Positions 38,450 through 49,796 of a stretch of 64,000 nt of DNA are shown one piece after another; position 1 is the stretch's first letter, and the number at the start of each line of letters is the position of its first letter. Location of the stretch: NCBI GenBank assembly GCA_964016885.1, contig OZ024741.1, positions 230,082,001 to 230,146,000 of the forward strand. The letters are read 5' to 3'. This DNA comes from Eledone cirrhosa (lineage: Eukaryota). A program made the translations under genes and the position numbers. Under the pieces are notes generated by a model. The model was given only the letters and a program-made list of their open reading frames with translations, made no database searches and had not been told where the DNA came from.

Positions 38450-39950
38450 CTATACCTTTCTCACCCTCTCTATATTCCACTACATGCTTCACTCTGTCTC
38501 ACTAGACCAACATTCTCACCCTCTCACTAAATCGCCTCTCTCTCCCCTTTTCTATATCCGATTACATACCTCACTCTCTCACTCTCTGATTAACTCTCCA
38601 AACGCTCTCATACTCACTATATTTCATTACATGCCTCACTTACTTTCCCTCTCTTAATTCGCCCACTCTCAATAGGCCAATAAACTCTCACCTCTCTCTA
38701 TAACCTACTACATACCTCTCAATTCCCCCTCTCTCATTAGACCACCACATTCTCTTCGCCTCTCCACACCTCACTCTCTTTTACTCTCTTAATTCCCCTT
38801 CTGTCACTAAACCAACACATTCTCTCCTCTTCTTTATAATCCACTACACACCTCACTCACTCTCACTCTCACAATACCCCCTCTCTCACTAAACCAAGAC
38901 ATTTTCTCCCACTCGATATATCCCACTACATACCTCACTCTCTCACACAATTGTCCCTCTCTGACTAGACCACCAAATTATCTACCTCTCTTTATACCTC
39001 ATGCTCTCTTACAATTCCCACTCTCTCACTAAACTCACAAACTCTCCCCCTTCACTCTATACCACTACATACCTCACTCTCTCTCAATTTTCCCTCTCTC
39101 ATTAGAACACCAACCAATCCCCCTTTCTCTATATCCAACTCCATAACTCATTCTATCTCACTCCGCCAACTACATTCTTTCCCCCTCTCTATATATCACT
39201 AAATACTCTCCTGCTCTATGCCAATACATACCTCACTCTCGCTGACAATTACTCCTGTCTCACTAGATGACAAAATTCTCTCCCCCTCACTATATTCCAC
39301 TACATACCTCACGCTCTATCACTCTCTTAATTTCCCTTCTCTCATTAAAACAATAAACTCTCTCCTTCTCTCCCTATCATACTACATATCCCACTCTCTC
39401 TCCCACATCCCCCTCTCTGACTAGACCAACAAATTCTCTTCCACTTCTATATATCTCATTACATACCTCACTCTCGCTAACAATTCCCCCTCTCTCTCTA
39501 AAACAACAAATTCTCTCCCCTCAACCTATACCCCAAATACCTCACTCTCTATCAATTCCCCCTCTCTCACTAGACAACCAAATTCTCTTTGCCCTCTCTA
39601 TATTGAACTACATAACTCACTCTTTCTCACTATCACAATACCCCCTCTCTCACTAGGCCAATATACTCTCTCCCCCTCTCTATAACCCACTACATACCCC
39701 ACTCGCTCTCACAATTCCCTCTCTCTCACTAAGTCAACAAAATCTCTCGCCCTCACTCTATACCACTACATACCTCACTCTCTCTCACAATTCCCTCTCT
39801 CTCACTAAACCAACAAATACGCTCCCGTTCTCTATATTCCTTACCCCCCTTTATATACCACTACATAACTGACTATCTTTCACTCGCTTAATTCTTCTCT
39901 CACAAAACCAAAAATACTCTCCCACTCTCCATATCCCACTACGTACCTTA
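38450..39950. repeat. Degenerate CT-rich minisatellite, ~65-70 bp unit, ~20 copies
   Basis: Recurring CCACTACATACCTCACTCTCT..CAATTCCCCCTCTCTCACTAGACCAAC. Confidence 0.9.
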
Positions 39951-39986
39951 CATTATGTATATATATATATTATGTATATATATATA

Positions 39987-40098
39987 TTCAAATCCCGCCG
40001 AGGTTGACTTTGCCTTTCATCCTTACAGGGTCGATAAAATAAAGTACCAGTAATACACTGGGTAATTGGTGGCCTTGTGCCTAACGTAGAAACAATTA
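39987..40098 (+). mobile_element. 5'-truncated tRNA-derived SINE
   Basis: Core and tail of the 8581 family. Confidence 0.85.
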
Positions 40099-40121
40099 TG
40101 TATATATATATATATATTATA

Positions 40122-40213
<92 letters not shown>

Positions 40214-40217
<4 letters not shown>

Positions 40218-41018
40218 GACAGGGGGGAAGAAAAAATGGCTTCACTTGTGCTTTCAACAAATTTATTTTCTTCACAAAATCCAAAAAGAATTTTTATCCG
40301 GATTAGAAAAAAAAAATTTTTTTTTTATTTTCCTTAGAAAAAATTATTTTATAAATTAAGTTGTTGGTTGTTGGTTAGGTCTTAGGAGTTCTTGGTTAAC
40401 GTAGGAGGTATTGTCTCGTTTTTAGAACGACCTTTCACGCTGGGGTGCGCTTGTCAAACTGATGTGTATGTGGTGTGTTGTTCTATATAGAGGGATTTAA
40501 CATGTCTGTGGTGTGGTGGGGGTTTCTTTTCTCCCCCTTTAATAAGTGTATGGGTGTAGGTGTGTTGAAAAAGTGTTAATAGCAGTAATGAGTTGAGACG
40601 GTGAGTAGAGTTGGGTGGGGAGAAATGTAGCAAGTGCGGCCTGCCCGGTCATTCTCGAAAAATTCCTTTATTCAGGGGAAAAAAGCTTTTAGTATTCCTT
40701 TTGTGTTGAGAATGGTCAAAGGCAAATCGCACCTGCTAAGTTTGTAAATAATTATTTTTTTCTTTTTTTCTGAAGAATTTTTCTACGTCCATCCCATGGG
40801 ATGGACGTAGAAAAATTTACAAACTTAGCAGGTGTGATTTGCCTTTGACCATTCTCAACACAAAAGGAATACTAAAAGCTTTTTTCCCCTGAAGCCGTCG
40901 AAACGGCTTGAGCTCAGCTGTCGGGGTCTTACTGGTTCCTATTACCCACTCTACTACCTCAAGTATTGAGTACTTTGGTGCGTTATGGTCCACCTGGTTC
41001 CTTACCACATTTCCTTCG

Positions 41019-41020
<2 letters not shown>
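40214..41020. mobile_element. Composite PLE remnants with inverted duplication
   Basis: 40672-40748 inverted against 40815-40893 around a perfect palindrome at 40776-40817; decayed TTGACAA..GAAA HHR (minus, 40420-40460); 40893-41020 matches the 14090-14223 family. Confidence 0.6.
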
Positions 41021-41093
<73 letters not shown>

Positions 41094-41099
41094 ATATAT

Positions 41100-41174
<75 letters not shown>

Positions 41175-41970
41175 AGTGTGTGTATGCGTGTGTCTGTATG
41201 TGTGTGTGTATTCAACAGAGATGTTGGTTGTTAAGTGAGCTGTGTCGGTTGTGTTCTTGGATGTGTTGATAAGAAATAGAGGAAATTGAAGTGGAAAAAG
41301 GGACCCTCCCTCCCCACTCAAGCATTATGACAGATCAACACAAAAACAAATCTATCTATACCATTGAATGCAATGAAACGCCGTGACATATAATAGAACG
41401 CAAGAATAGAGTATCTATAAATAAGAAAAAACTAATACGTATTTGGTACATGTGTTCGAATTTTTAGGTATTAAGAATGCGTGTGTACAAGGATGTGACA
41501 TGATTAAAGATATCACCTTGATGTCTGGCAGATTTATTAACCTGGGTGCCGTGGCCTGGCTGCCTTAGTGCCCTAATATCTGTAGAATGCCACAGCCAGT
41601 CGTCGGGTGTCAAAATACCCTAGACGAGCAGAGAGGGAGGGGGCAAAAGAGACAAACCCATCAGCATGATACACCATCTTTATTTGAAGATGTGAACCAC
41701 CAGCATGTGCACATGAGAAACAAAGTGTAGTGTAGGTACTTTTGATTGACTTCTTTGAAACAATTTTAAATGGATATATAAATAAACAGATACAGGTAAA
41801 TTGGGGAAAATGTTCTCTTTTATATGCACGGTTGACTAATGCCTTGAGATGGAATTTGGTTAGACCGAAACAGCAGAATCGTGTCACACTCACACACACA
41901 CAAACCATGCACACCCACACACACACACACACCCCCCACACACGCACATATATATATATATAGTAATAAT

Positions 41971-42005
<35 letters not shown>

Positions 42006-42011
42006 TAATAA

Positions 42012-42145
42012 TAATTGTTTCTACGTTAGGCACAAGGCCAGCAATTAACCAGTGCATTACTGGTACTTTAGTTTATCGACCCCGTAAGGATGAAAGGCAA
42101 AGTCAACCTCAGTGGGATTTGAACTCAGATCGTAAAGGGACGTAA
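42012..42145 (-). mobile_element. tRNA-derived SINE lacking its head
   Basis: 8581 family; (ATT)n tail. Confidence 0.85.
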
Positions 42146-43255
42146 TGGAATGTTGTTGAACAAAAAGAAATGGATAGGAAGACTAGGAAGCTATTGACTA
42201 TCTACAACATGTTCCACAAGAGGAGTGATGTCGATAGACTCTACTTAAGGAGATCTGAAGGTGGAAGAGGTCTTATCAGCATAGAGGACTGTGTTCAGAT
42301 GGAGAAAAACAACCTACACAAATACGTGACTGATAGTAAGGAGCCAATGCTCAGAATTGTACTGAAGGAGAGGACAATAGACCAGGCGATGTCCAAGGAG
42401 GAAATAACAACAAGGAGAAAGAGCAGCCTTCATGAAAAATCCCTTCATATTACCTTCTTTGAGAAAACTGAATTCAGAGATCCACAGACATGGAACTGGT
42501 TGAAAAGATGAGACCTTAAAAAGGCTACAGAAGGAATGCTAATGGCGGCGCAAGAGCAGGCCCTCAAAACGAAGTGGTTGAAACACCATATTTACAAGGA
42601 GGAGGCTAGCCCACTGTGCAGGATCTGTGGAGTGAGAGAGGAGCCTGTGGCTCACATTGTATCCGAGTGTAAACACCTAGCCCAGACTCACTATAAAGGC
42701 TGGAGACATGATGTGATGGGCAGGGGGATCCACTGGCACCTATGCAAAGTAAACAATTTACCACATTCTGAGAAGTGGTATGAGCATCAACCAGAGTCGG
42801 TGATAGAAAACGATCAGGTGAAGGTGCTGTGGGATTTTAGGATACAGACGGACAAGAAACTGGAACACAATAGACCTGACATGGTGGTTTTGGACAAGGA
42901 TAAAGATCGTGCCTGATTGTGGATGTGGCCTGCCCATTCGACACGAGAGTGCAAGAGAAGGAGAGGGAGAAAATTAACCGATACCAGGAGTTAAAGTGGG
43001 AGGTAAAAAGGATTTGGGTTTGCCATGAAGTCAAAGTGGTCCCGATTGTCATAGGCGCACTAGGTACTATCTCAAAAAGTTTCCAGGGATGGTTAAAGAA
43101 AATTGGCTCCTTCACGCTTTTTGGAACGCTTCAAAAGGCATGCTTGCTGGGAACAGCAAGAACCCTCCGATACGTCCTGAACATCTGAGGCTGCAGATAG
43201 TGGCTTGATATTCATTTCAACAAACTTTCCAGTTAACTGAGACTCAAAGAACAAC
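42146..43255 (+). mobile_element. R4/Dong-clade non-LTR element, 3' fragment (CCHC + RLE), with stops
   Basis: DRKTRKLLT..DVDRLYLRRSEGGRGL, AAQEQAL, CRIC..HIVSEC, RHD, LWDFRIQTD..NRPDMVV, DVACPFD..EKINRY, VPIVIGALG; followed by (TAA)n. Confidence 0.9.
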
Positions 43256-43298
<43 letters not shown>

Positions 43299-43540
43299 TT
43301 TTCTTTATTAACCACAAGGGTTCACATAAAGTAGACATTAATGACAGTACAGGACAATACAGGACGGTACAAATGGGCATTTCTGTGTGTAAAAAAACAG
43401 AGGTTGAAATAAAATAACAAAGAAAAATTCCCCAATAGGGGGGAGACTTCCAAGGGACATTTGTGGAGAAAGCCCATTAAAAGACCACAGTGGCCCTGAC
43501 CACCAGGGCAAGTGCCCTCTCCCAGTTTTCCACCTTTAAT

Positions 43541-46500
43541 TTACAGACACATACTCAGAGAAGGCCCATTCATTCGGGCCATACTTGCTTCTCTCACCCA
43601 TCTTTCAACAAAATGCTGGGAAGAGAGCACTTCCCTCTCTACCCTGATTTTCCTTTTCAAATGAAATTTGAAAAAGTTAATCAGGGCATCACCGAAGAGG
43701 TAAGTGCTCGTCTTCAGCCCTTTCAAACGTGTCCACCATACTATCTCTTTCGCCATGGCCACCAGACAGATAAAAACTGCCTGCCCTTCCAGGCTAAAGG
43801 AAGGGGGCGGGGCAATCCTCACGATGGACCCAGCTGATAGCTGGATAGGTCCTACACGTGACAGCAGGTGTTCGACATAAACCCACAAGTCAGCAATGCT
43901 CGGACACTGGACGAGTGCGTGCAGGACGGTTTCGTCGCCCTGCGCGCATCTCGGACGTGCCCAGCTGACGGCACCTCCATGCCTGTAGAGTTTATCCCGA
44001 ACTGGCAAAGCTCCTCGGTAGCACTGCCAGGCCAGGGATTTCTGGAAGTTGTCCATAGGCCCCGGCCCGAAAGTCCTTCCGAAGAGATTGGCTAGTTGAT
44101 TTTCGTCGACGCCTAGAGTTTCTCCAAGTACGTCGTCGCTCTTCCCCTCCACTAATCCCCTATAGAACGCCAAGGTGGAGTTTCCACCGATCACATTGCC
44201 CGATTGGTCGAGGGCTGTGAGCGCCTGAAGACATTCCAGTCTCCAAGCGCTCCCTCTCGGTCTTCGCTTGACCCAGGACTGCAGCTCCGTCAAGGAGACA
44301 AGCTGGGGAAAAACGTGTCTTGCAAACGGCGACCACACCTGATCACCGTCGAGGAAGAGGTGGAGATGTCGTAGCCTGAGCGCGTGTCTGCGCATCATCA
44401 GCCACGGCATGCCCAGCCCTCCACGTAGCGGGTGTTGACAGCAGATGGACCGCCTGACCATCGGAGCGCGTCCCTTCCACAAGAAGCGAAAGAGCAAACG
44501 CTCCAGCGCAGTCAGGCGGGGCTTAGGACAAGGTACGACGGTCAGGCGGTAGTAGATGACGGATGCGATGTACGCATTCGCCACCTCCGCTCGACCTTTC
44601 AGGGATAGCTTCCTCTCGGCCCATTTCTGGGTGAGAGAAGCCACCCTGCTCGTCACCTCGTCCCAGTTTTTGTCCGTCTGGAGGTCTGGACCGAACCAGA
44701 CCCCTAGCAATTTAACCGGTCCGTCCGTCCAGCGCCCGACGACGCTGTTGGACGGCATGGACCTGCCTCTCCAGGTGCCGAGCTGCAGGCCCACTGACTT
44801 TTCCTGGTTGATCATTGCTCCTGTCACCGCTTCGTATTCTCTTAGTGTAGTGCCGATCGCCTCGATGTGTTTGGCGCTCGACACCACTACGGTGACATCG
44901 TCGGCAGATGCTGACACGGATCTTCCGCATCCTAGTTCGCGCGGGACCCCCCTCAACGTCTCCAGTATGTGCAGTAATGGCTCGAGAGTCAATACGTACA
45001 ATAGGGACGAGAGGGGACATCCTTGGCGGACCGAGCGCATGAAGTTGAACGGTTCCGAAAGGTGACCGTTCACTCTCACTACAGAGCAGATGTCGCTGTG
45101 CATGGCAGCGATCCAGCCTCTGAAGACGGGCCCAAAGCCAGCCGCCCTCAGGACTGCCGCTAGGTAACGATGGTCGACCCTATCGAAGGCTTTCGACTGA
45201 TCTAAATTGATCAAAGACCCACCCGTGCCAGGTTCCCTAGCTACCCTCTCTACGATGTATCGCATGAGGTGGAGGTTGTCGTGGATGGATCTGTCGGGAA
45301 TGGCGCATGTCTGTGCCTCTCCCACCAGACCACCAACGACAAGCGCCAACCTCTTTGCTAGCACCTTGGCCAAAATCTTGAACTCTGTGTTTAGCAGAGT
45401 TATGGGCCTAAAATTATCTATGTTATCCCCCTTGTTCGGATCCTTTCTCAGCAGTGCCACCGCTCCTCGGCTCACAGAGCTGGGAATTCTCCCGTTCTGT
45501 TGCCAGTTGCAGTAGACGTCCGCCAAGAGGCCTCCGAACAAGTTTGGCATTTGTACGTAAAGTTCATAGGGCAGACCATCCAAACCAGGCGATTTACCCC
45601 TATTGCAGCCAGTCATTGCCTCCCTTACTTCAGCGGCTGTTATCGGCTTTTCGCAACACTCCGCCTCAGTGGCCGAAAGCCGCGGCAGTCCGTCGAGGTA
45701 GACACTAAAGTCCATCCCTCGATCCGGCCCGCCACTGCCCCCGAACAGTTGAGCGAAGTGTCGCTGAAAAGCTTCACACATTTGCCCGGGATCGAGTAGC
45801 ATGCGCCCGTCGTGGTCCACCAAAGACCGGATCGTGGCTTTGTTGCCACGACGCGCCTCCGCCACTCGGGCCCATTGAACGGCTTTCGTCCCCTCGTGTC
45901 TGAGAGCACGCACCCTAGCTCTGACAACGCAGCCTTCGTGCTTTGCATTGAAGAATTGGTCAAGGGCCAATTTCGCCGCAAGTACGTCGGTCGCGATGCC
46001 TTTGCTAAGCGCCTCATCTAATTTTCTAACTAATTCTCCCTCTGCTCTATTTTTTTCTATTGCTAAAGTCTTACTAAACCTAATGGACTCTATTCTAATT
46101 GCTCTTTTCAGAGCAAACCACCACTTGTTGTTGACGATGGCCCCCGTCAACGCCCGCTTAACTAGTTCGCTAATCCGGTCTCTGTAGGCCTTGCGCGCTG
46201 GTAAGGACGCGTTTAGCTTCCAGTAGCCGGGTCCTCGTCTATGAAGCCTATCTAAGTCAAGCACACAGATCACGAATTTGTGGTCCGTGTAGCTGACTAT
46301 CTTGAATTGTGGACAGCCTATGCTAGACCTATCTATTTCCCTACAAAATACTCTATCTAGATATGATCTGGATGACCCTATGAGATTTGTCCAAGTCCAC
46401 ATTGGTACATTCGGGAAATCCATTCGGTACCTGTCAGACAGTTCAAAACGTCTGAGCAGGTTGGTGAGACTCTTGCACCCTCCTTCCCTATCCACTAATC

Positions 46501-46960
46501 CCACACAATCCCAGCGTGCATCTAAGATCCCGTTCCAGTCGCCCACTAACACTAAAGAGCGGGACGTTCCAAGAAAGGTCTCCAGACGCCGGAAGAAATC
46601 AGGCCGCCCTGCTCCTGTCGGGGCATAGACGGCCACTAACCTGAAAGCTTGCCCGTCTCTGCTGGTCACGTCCAGCACCACCAGCTTACCTTCTGGGTCC
46701 AGGAAGATGGCCCGTATGGCAAGATCCAAAACTCTCCGAAAAAGCACAGCAACTCCTCCCCCCGATCCCGGACGGCTGGGAGATGCGTACACATCGTAGC
46801 CGCCGAAGATCGGTGCGAAAGCCTGTGCTTCGGAGATTCTGGTCTCGCTGATGGCCACTACATCTATGTTTAGTGACCTGAGGTCGTTGAGCAGGTGGCC
46901 CTGCTTCCATGACGACCCCAAGCCACGCGCATTTATGCTGCCTATTCTGAGTGAGGTCAT
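43541..46960 (-). CDS. Tx1 ORF2: AP endonuclease + reverse transcriptase + C-terminal zinc motif (1139 aa)
   Basis: SINARGL, SET, VYAP, GDWN, SYLDR, TDH, GYWKLN, KSPGLDG, FRPITLLN, LDQSKAFDRV, VRQGCPLS, SADD, GGLG, ETVLHALVQC. Confidence 0.93.
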   Translation of the reverse strand: MTSLRIGSINARGLGSSWKQGHLLNDLRSLNIDVVAISETRISEAQAFAPIFGGYDVYASPSRPGSGGGVAVLFRRVLDLAIRAIFLDPEGKLVVLDVTSRDGQAFRLVAVYAPTGAGRPDFFRRLETFLGTSRSLVLVGDWNGILDARWDCVGLVDREGGCKSLTNLLRRFELSDRYRMDFPNVPMWTWTNLIGSSRSYLDRVFCREIDRSSIGCPQFKIVSYTDHKFVICVLDLDRLHRRGPGYWKLNASLPARKAYRDRISELVKRALTGAIVNNKWWFALKRAIRIESIRFSKTLAIEKNRAEGELVRKLDEALSKGIATDVLAAKLALDQFFNAKHEGCVVRARVRALRHEGTKAVQWARVAEARRGNKATIRSLVDHDGRMLLDPGQMCEAFQRHFAQLFGGSGGPDRGMDFSVYLDGLPRLSATEAECCEKPITAAEVREAMTGCNRGKSPGLDGLPYELYVQMPNLFGGLLADVYCNWQQNGRIPSSVSRGAVALLRKDPNKGDNIDNFRPITLLNTEFKILAKVLAKRLALVVGGLVGEAQTCAIPDRSIHDNLHLMRYIVERVAREPGTGGSLINLDQSKAFDRVDHRYLAAVLRAAGFGPVFRGWIAAMHSDICSVVRVNGHLSEPFNFMRSVRQGCPLSSLLYVLTLEPLLHILETLRGVPRELGCGRSVSASADDVTVVVSSAKHIEAIGTTLREYEAVTGAMINQEKSVGLQLGTWRGRSMPSNSVVGRWTDGPVKLLGVWFGPDLQTDKNWDEVTSRVASLTQKWAERKLSLKGRAEVANAYIASVIYYRLTVVPCPKPRLTALERLLFRFLWKGRAPMVRRSICCQHPLRGGLGMPWLMMRRHALRLRHLHLFLDGDQVWSPFARHVFPQLVSLTELQSWVKRRPRGSAWRLECLQALTALDQSGNVIGGNSTLAFYRGLVEGKSDDVLGETLGVDENQLANLFGRTFGPGPMDNFQKSLAWQCYRGALPVRDKLYRHGGAVSWARPRCAQGDETVLHALVQCPSIADLWVYVEHLLSRVGPIQLSAGSIVRIAPPPSFSLEGQAVFICLVAMAKEIVWWTRLKGLKTSTYLFGDALINFFKFHLKRKIRVEREVLSSQHFVERWVREASMARMNGPSLSMCL

Positions 46961-46994
46961 GTTGAAAAGGAGTGGAAAAGATGGGAAAGACCAC

Positions 46995-48979
46995 TTACCT
47001 TACTTCTCGTAGGGGAAGGACGGCTTTTCCATCCTTTTCACTGCTTGTGGCCTCCTCAGGAAGGATGTCCTTATAAATCCTCCTGGAGAGTGCTTGTCGA
47101 AAGTCTCCGATGTCTTTGGGGAATTTTTGTTTTAGTGTCATGTACGTTTTCTGTGTGATGCGAGTGATTTGTATGTGTGGAGGTGGTGTGAATTTTGGGG
47201 TTGTTGTGTAGTCTTTTTCTGTGATGCTGGTGTTGTGTTGGATGTAGTGTAATAATTGCTTGTTGTTCAAATTTAATGCTGTGTAGTGCGTATCGTTTTG
47301 GTTGTTTTGTTTTGTTTGCGTTTGTTGTGGGTTTGTTTCTGTTTCGAATTTTGGTGACTTTTGTGGTGTAGGTGATGGTGGTGCTGGGGATAATGATGGT
47401 GATGGTGTTGGTGTTTGGGTTGATGGGGTTGGTGATGCTGGTGTGGATGGTGGCATATCTGTCCTAACTTTTTTGTTTCTTAGTTTATTTGTTTCCCTCT
47501 GTATTTTGTTTTTGGAGGGGGAAGGAAGAGAATTTTTTCTTTTTTGGTTTCTTTTTTTTTTCCGGATATCGTTTCCCACTCCTCGTCGTCACAATCTGTC
47601 TCCAGTTGTGATAGGCCGGGGAGTGGAAAATCCTCCACAGCCGTTAGTTTTGGTTGTGGTGTGGTGGATGGTGTAGGCGCTGGTGCTAGTTCTGAAGCGT
47701 TGGGTGGTGGTGGTGTTGGTTTTGCTGGTGGTGGTAGTGGTGTTGGTTTTGCTACTGTTGCTGGGGTTGTTGGTGTTATAGTTGCTTCTGTTGTTGCTGC
47801 TACAGTTGTTGCTGCCATCTCTGCTACTGGTGGTGTTGATGGTTTTGTCACTGGGGTGGGTAGGAGAGGTGGCCTCAACCTTTTAGCCTGAGGGCAGAAA
47901 GCCCTTAGGTGGGTTCCTTCACCACAAACGACACACCTAGGTCTTCTGCCCTCGACAATTACCGTGAGGTGGCTGCCGTCAGTGAGGTCTATTACCTCTG
48001 GGATCTCCTCAATGCTTTTTTGGTCCGCTTGGATCAGGAGCTCCATCCCAGATCCGGACCAGTTTTCCTGCTTTTCTTTTGCTACTGCTATTATTTTCGT
48101 GTTGGCTTCGATGCCGGTGAGGACAGCCGCTATTAGCCAGGGAATTTCGATGGCCGGTGGAACGTGGGTCACCCTGATCTTTACGAGTCTCTGGCCACAA
48201 TAGCTTGGGACGAGTGTGAGGTCGTCATTTTTTAATGGGGCCATGGAGTGTTCTCTAGCCTCCTCTGGTGTTTCAAAGAACACATCCACGGTTCCATACT
48301 TTTGCCCACGTCTGATGTGGGTTTTTCTTGCCCACACATGTCCCAAAGCTTTTTGGATTTGGGACTCGGGTGCCCGTTCCCCTCGGCGCGATTTTACATT
48401 TATTGTTCTATACGACACGGTGCACAGGCGCCGATGCTCCATTTTATTAGGTGGGGGGGTGAGGCTGACCCTGTACCCATCTTTTTTTACCATTTGTTTG
48501 GCATTTTCTAAATCTTCTTTGGTTACCGTGAACGCTTCGAATTGTTTTGCTACGATGGCGAAACTGAGGGTCGGTTTTATAATGTCATTGTTGTTGTTGT
48601 TGCTATCGTTAATATTAATTTTATTTTCAGTTGTGGTGGTTGTGACGTCAGTCGTCTTTGGTGGGGAAGAGTCCATTTTGCTTGATTTCATTTCGACGTC
48701 ACGAGTTAATTTATTCTTTTCTTCTTTTGTTTCTGTTGTCGCGGTGGTGGTGGTGGTGGTGGTTGTTGCGGTGGTGGTGGTGGTGGAGGGTTTAACACCT
48801 GCAGTCATTGGTAATGGCGGGAAATGAATGTCTGCCTGAGACAAATTTAAAATATTGCTACTGCTTATATTTTTTTTTGTGTTGGCAAACGTAGTAACAT
48901 TTACAATGGTGGTGTCGGTGTGAGGTGTTATTTTGTGAGGAAGGCTTTCAGCTGCTTCGTGCAGAGGGGAATTAGCCAT
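46995..48979 (-). CDS. Tx1 ORF1 (gag-like, CCHC knuckle, Pro/Thr-rich), split by an indel in an A-run near 47560
   Basis: CVVCGEGTHLRAFC knuckle; ORFs 47480-48979 and 46995-47579 overlap at a poly-A tract; both parts conserved in copy 2. Confidence 0.8.
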
Positions 48980-49217
48980 TTTTTTTTCAAAGAAATTTTT
49001 GGATAATAATAAAAGTTAAAAATTTTGGGCACAAGGCCCCAATCTTTTTGGGTGTCCTTTTCGGAAAACAATGTATGTGTGCTTATAAACAGTTTACAAT
49101 AAAATTTTCCATAAATGGCAATTTTTAAACAAACGGAAATAACAAACCTTTGCGGAGCTCACGATAATACGATTTCCTACGTAGGTCGCCAATAATAATA
49201 ATAATAATAATAATAAT

Positions 49218-49740
49218 TTGAAAAAGATCACATCTCAATCTTGTGGAACTTTAGCATCCAAACAGACCGAAAAATAGATGCAAATAGACCTGATATAATA
49301 TTGAAGGACTTTCAAAGGAGGGTATGCCTGCTAATTGATATGTCTGTTCCAATAGACAGGAATGTATCTATAAAAACATTTGAAAAATTGAGCAAGTATA
49401 AGGACCTGGAGATAGAAATTGGAAAAATGTGGAAATTGAGAACTAAAACAATACCAGTGGTTGTAGGCGCTCTGGGAATGATACCTAAGGGGTCTAACGA
49501 CTACTTATCGCAAATCCCAGGAAAGCCGCGTATAGGAGAAATACAAAAGATAGTACTAATGGGAACTGCCCATATACTAAGGAAGATCCTGTCAATATAA
49601 GTACATCACAAGTCTAAACACTAAGGATGCATGTGTGAAAATGTATGTTCTTTCTTGAACATGGCGGACCGTGTTGTCTCTTGAGGTCACTGGTTGTGAC
49701 TTGGTGATAACTCGTATAAACATAAAGCAAGATAAATGCA
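49218..49740 (+). mobile_element. R4/Dong-clade 3' fragment (second family)
   Basis: WNFSIQTDRKIDANRPDIILKD..LIDMSVP..EKLSKYKDL..IPVVVGALG; (TAA)n on both sides. Confidence 0.9.

Positions 49741-49794
<54 letters not shown>

Positions 49795-49796
<2 letters not shown>

Larger units (their letters stand above)
43298..49190 (-). mobile_element. Full-length Tx1-clade LINE, copy 1
   Basis: ORF1 plus APE-RT ORF2; both termini shared with copy 2; (TAA)n on both sides. Confidence 0.93.

Noticed and set aside
47480-47579. Programmed ribosomal frameshift in Tx1 ORF1 at the A-run
   Set aside because: Copy 1 needs -1 and copy 2 needs +1 to reach the same downstream frame, which points to homopolymer indels or sequencing error.
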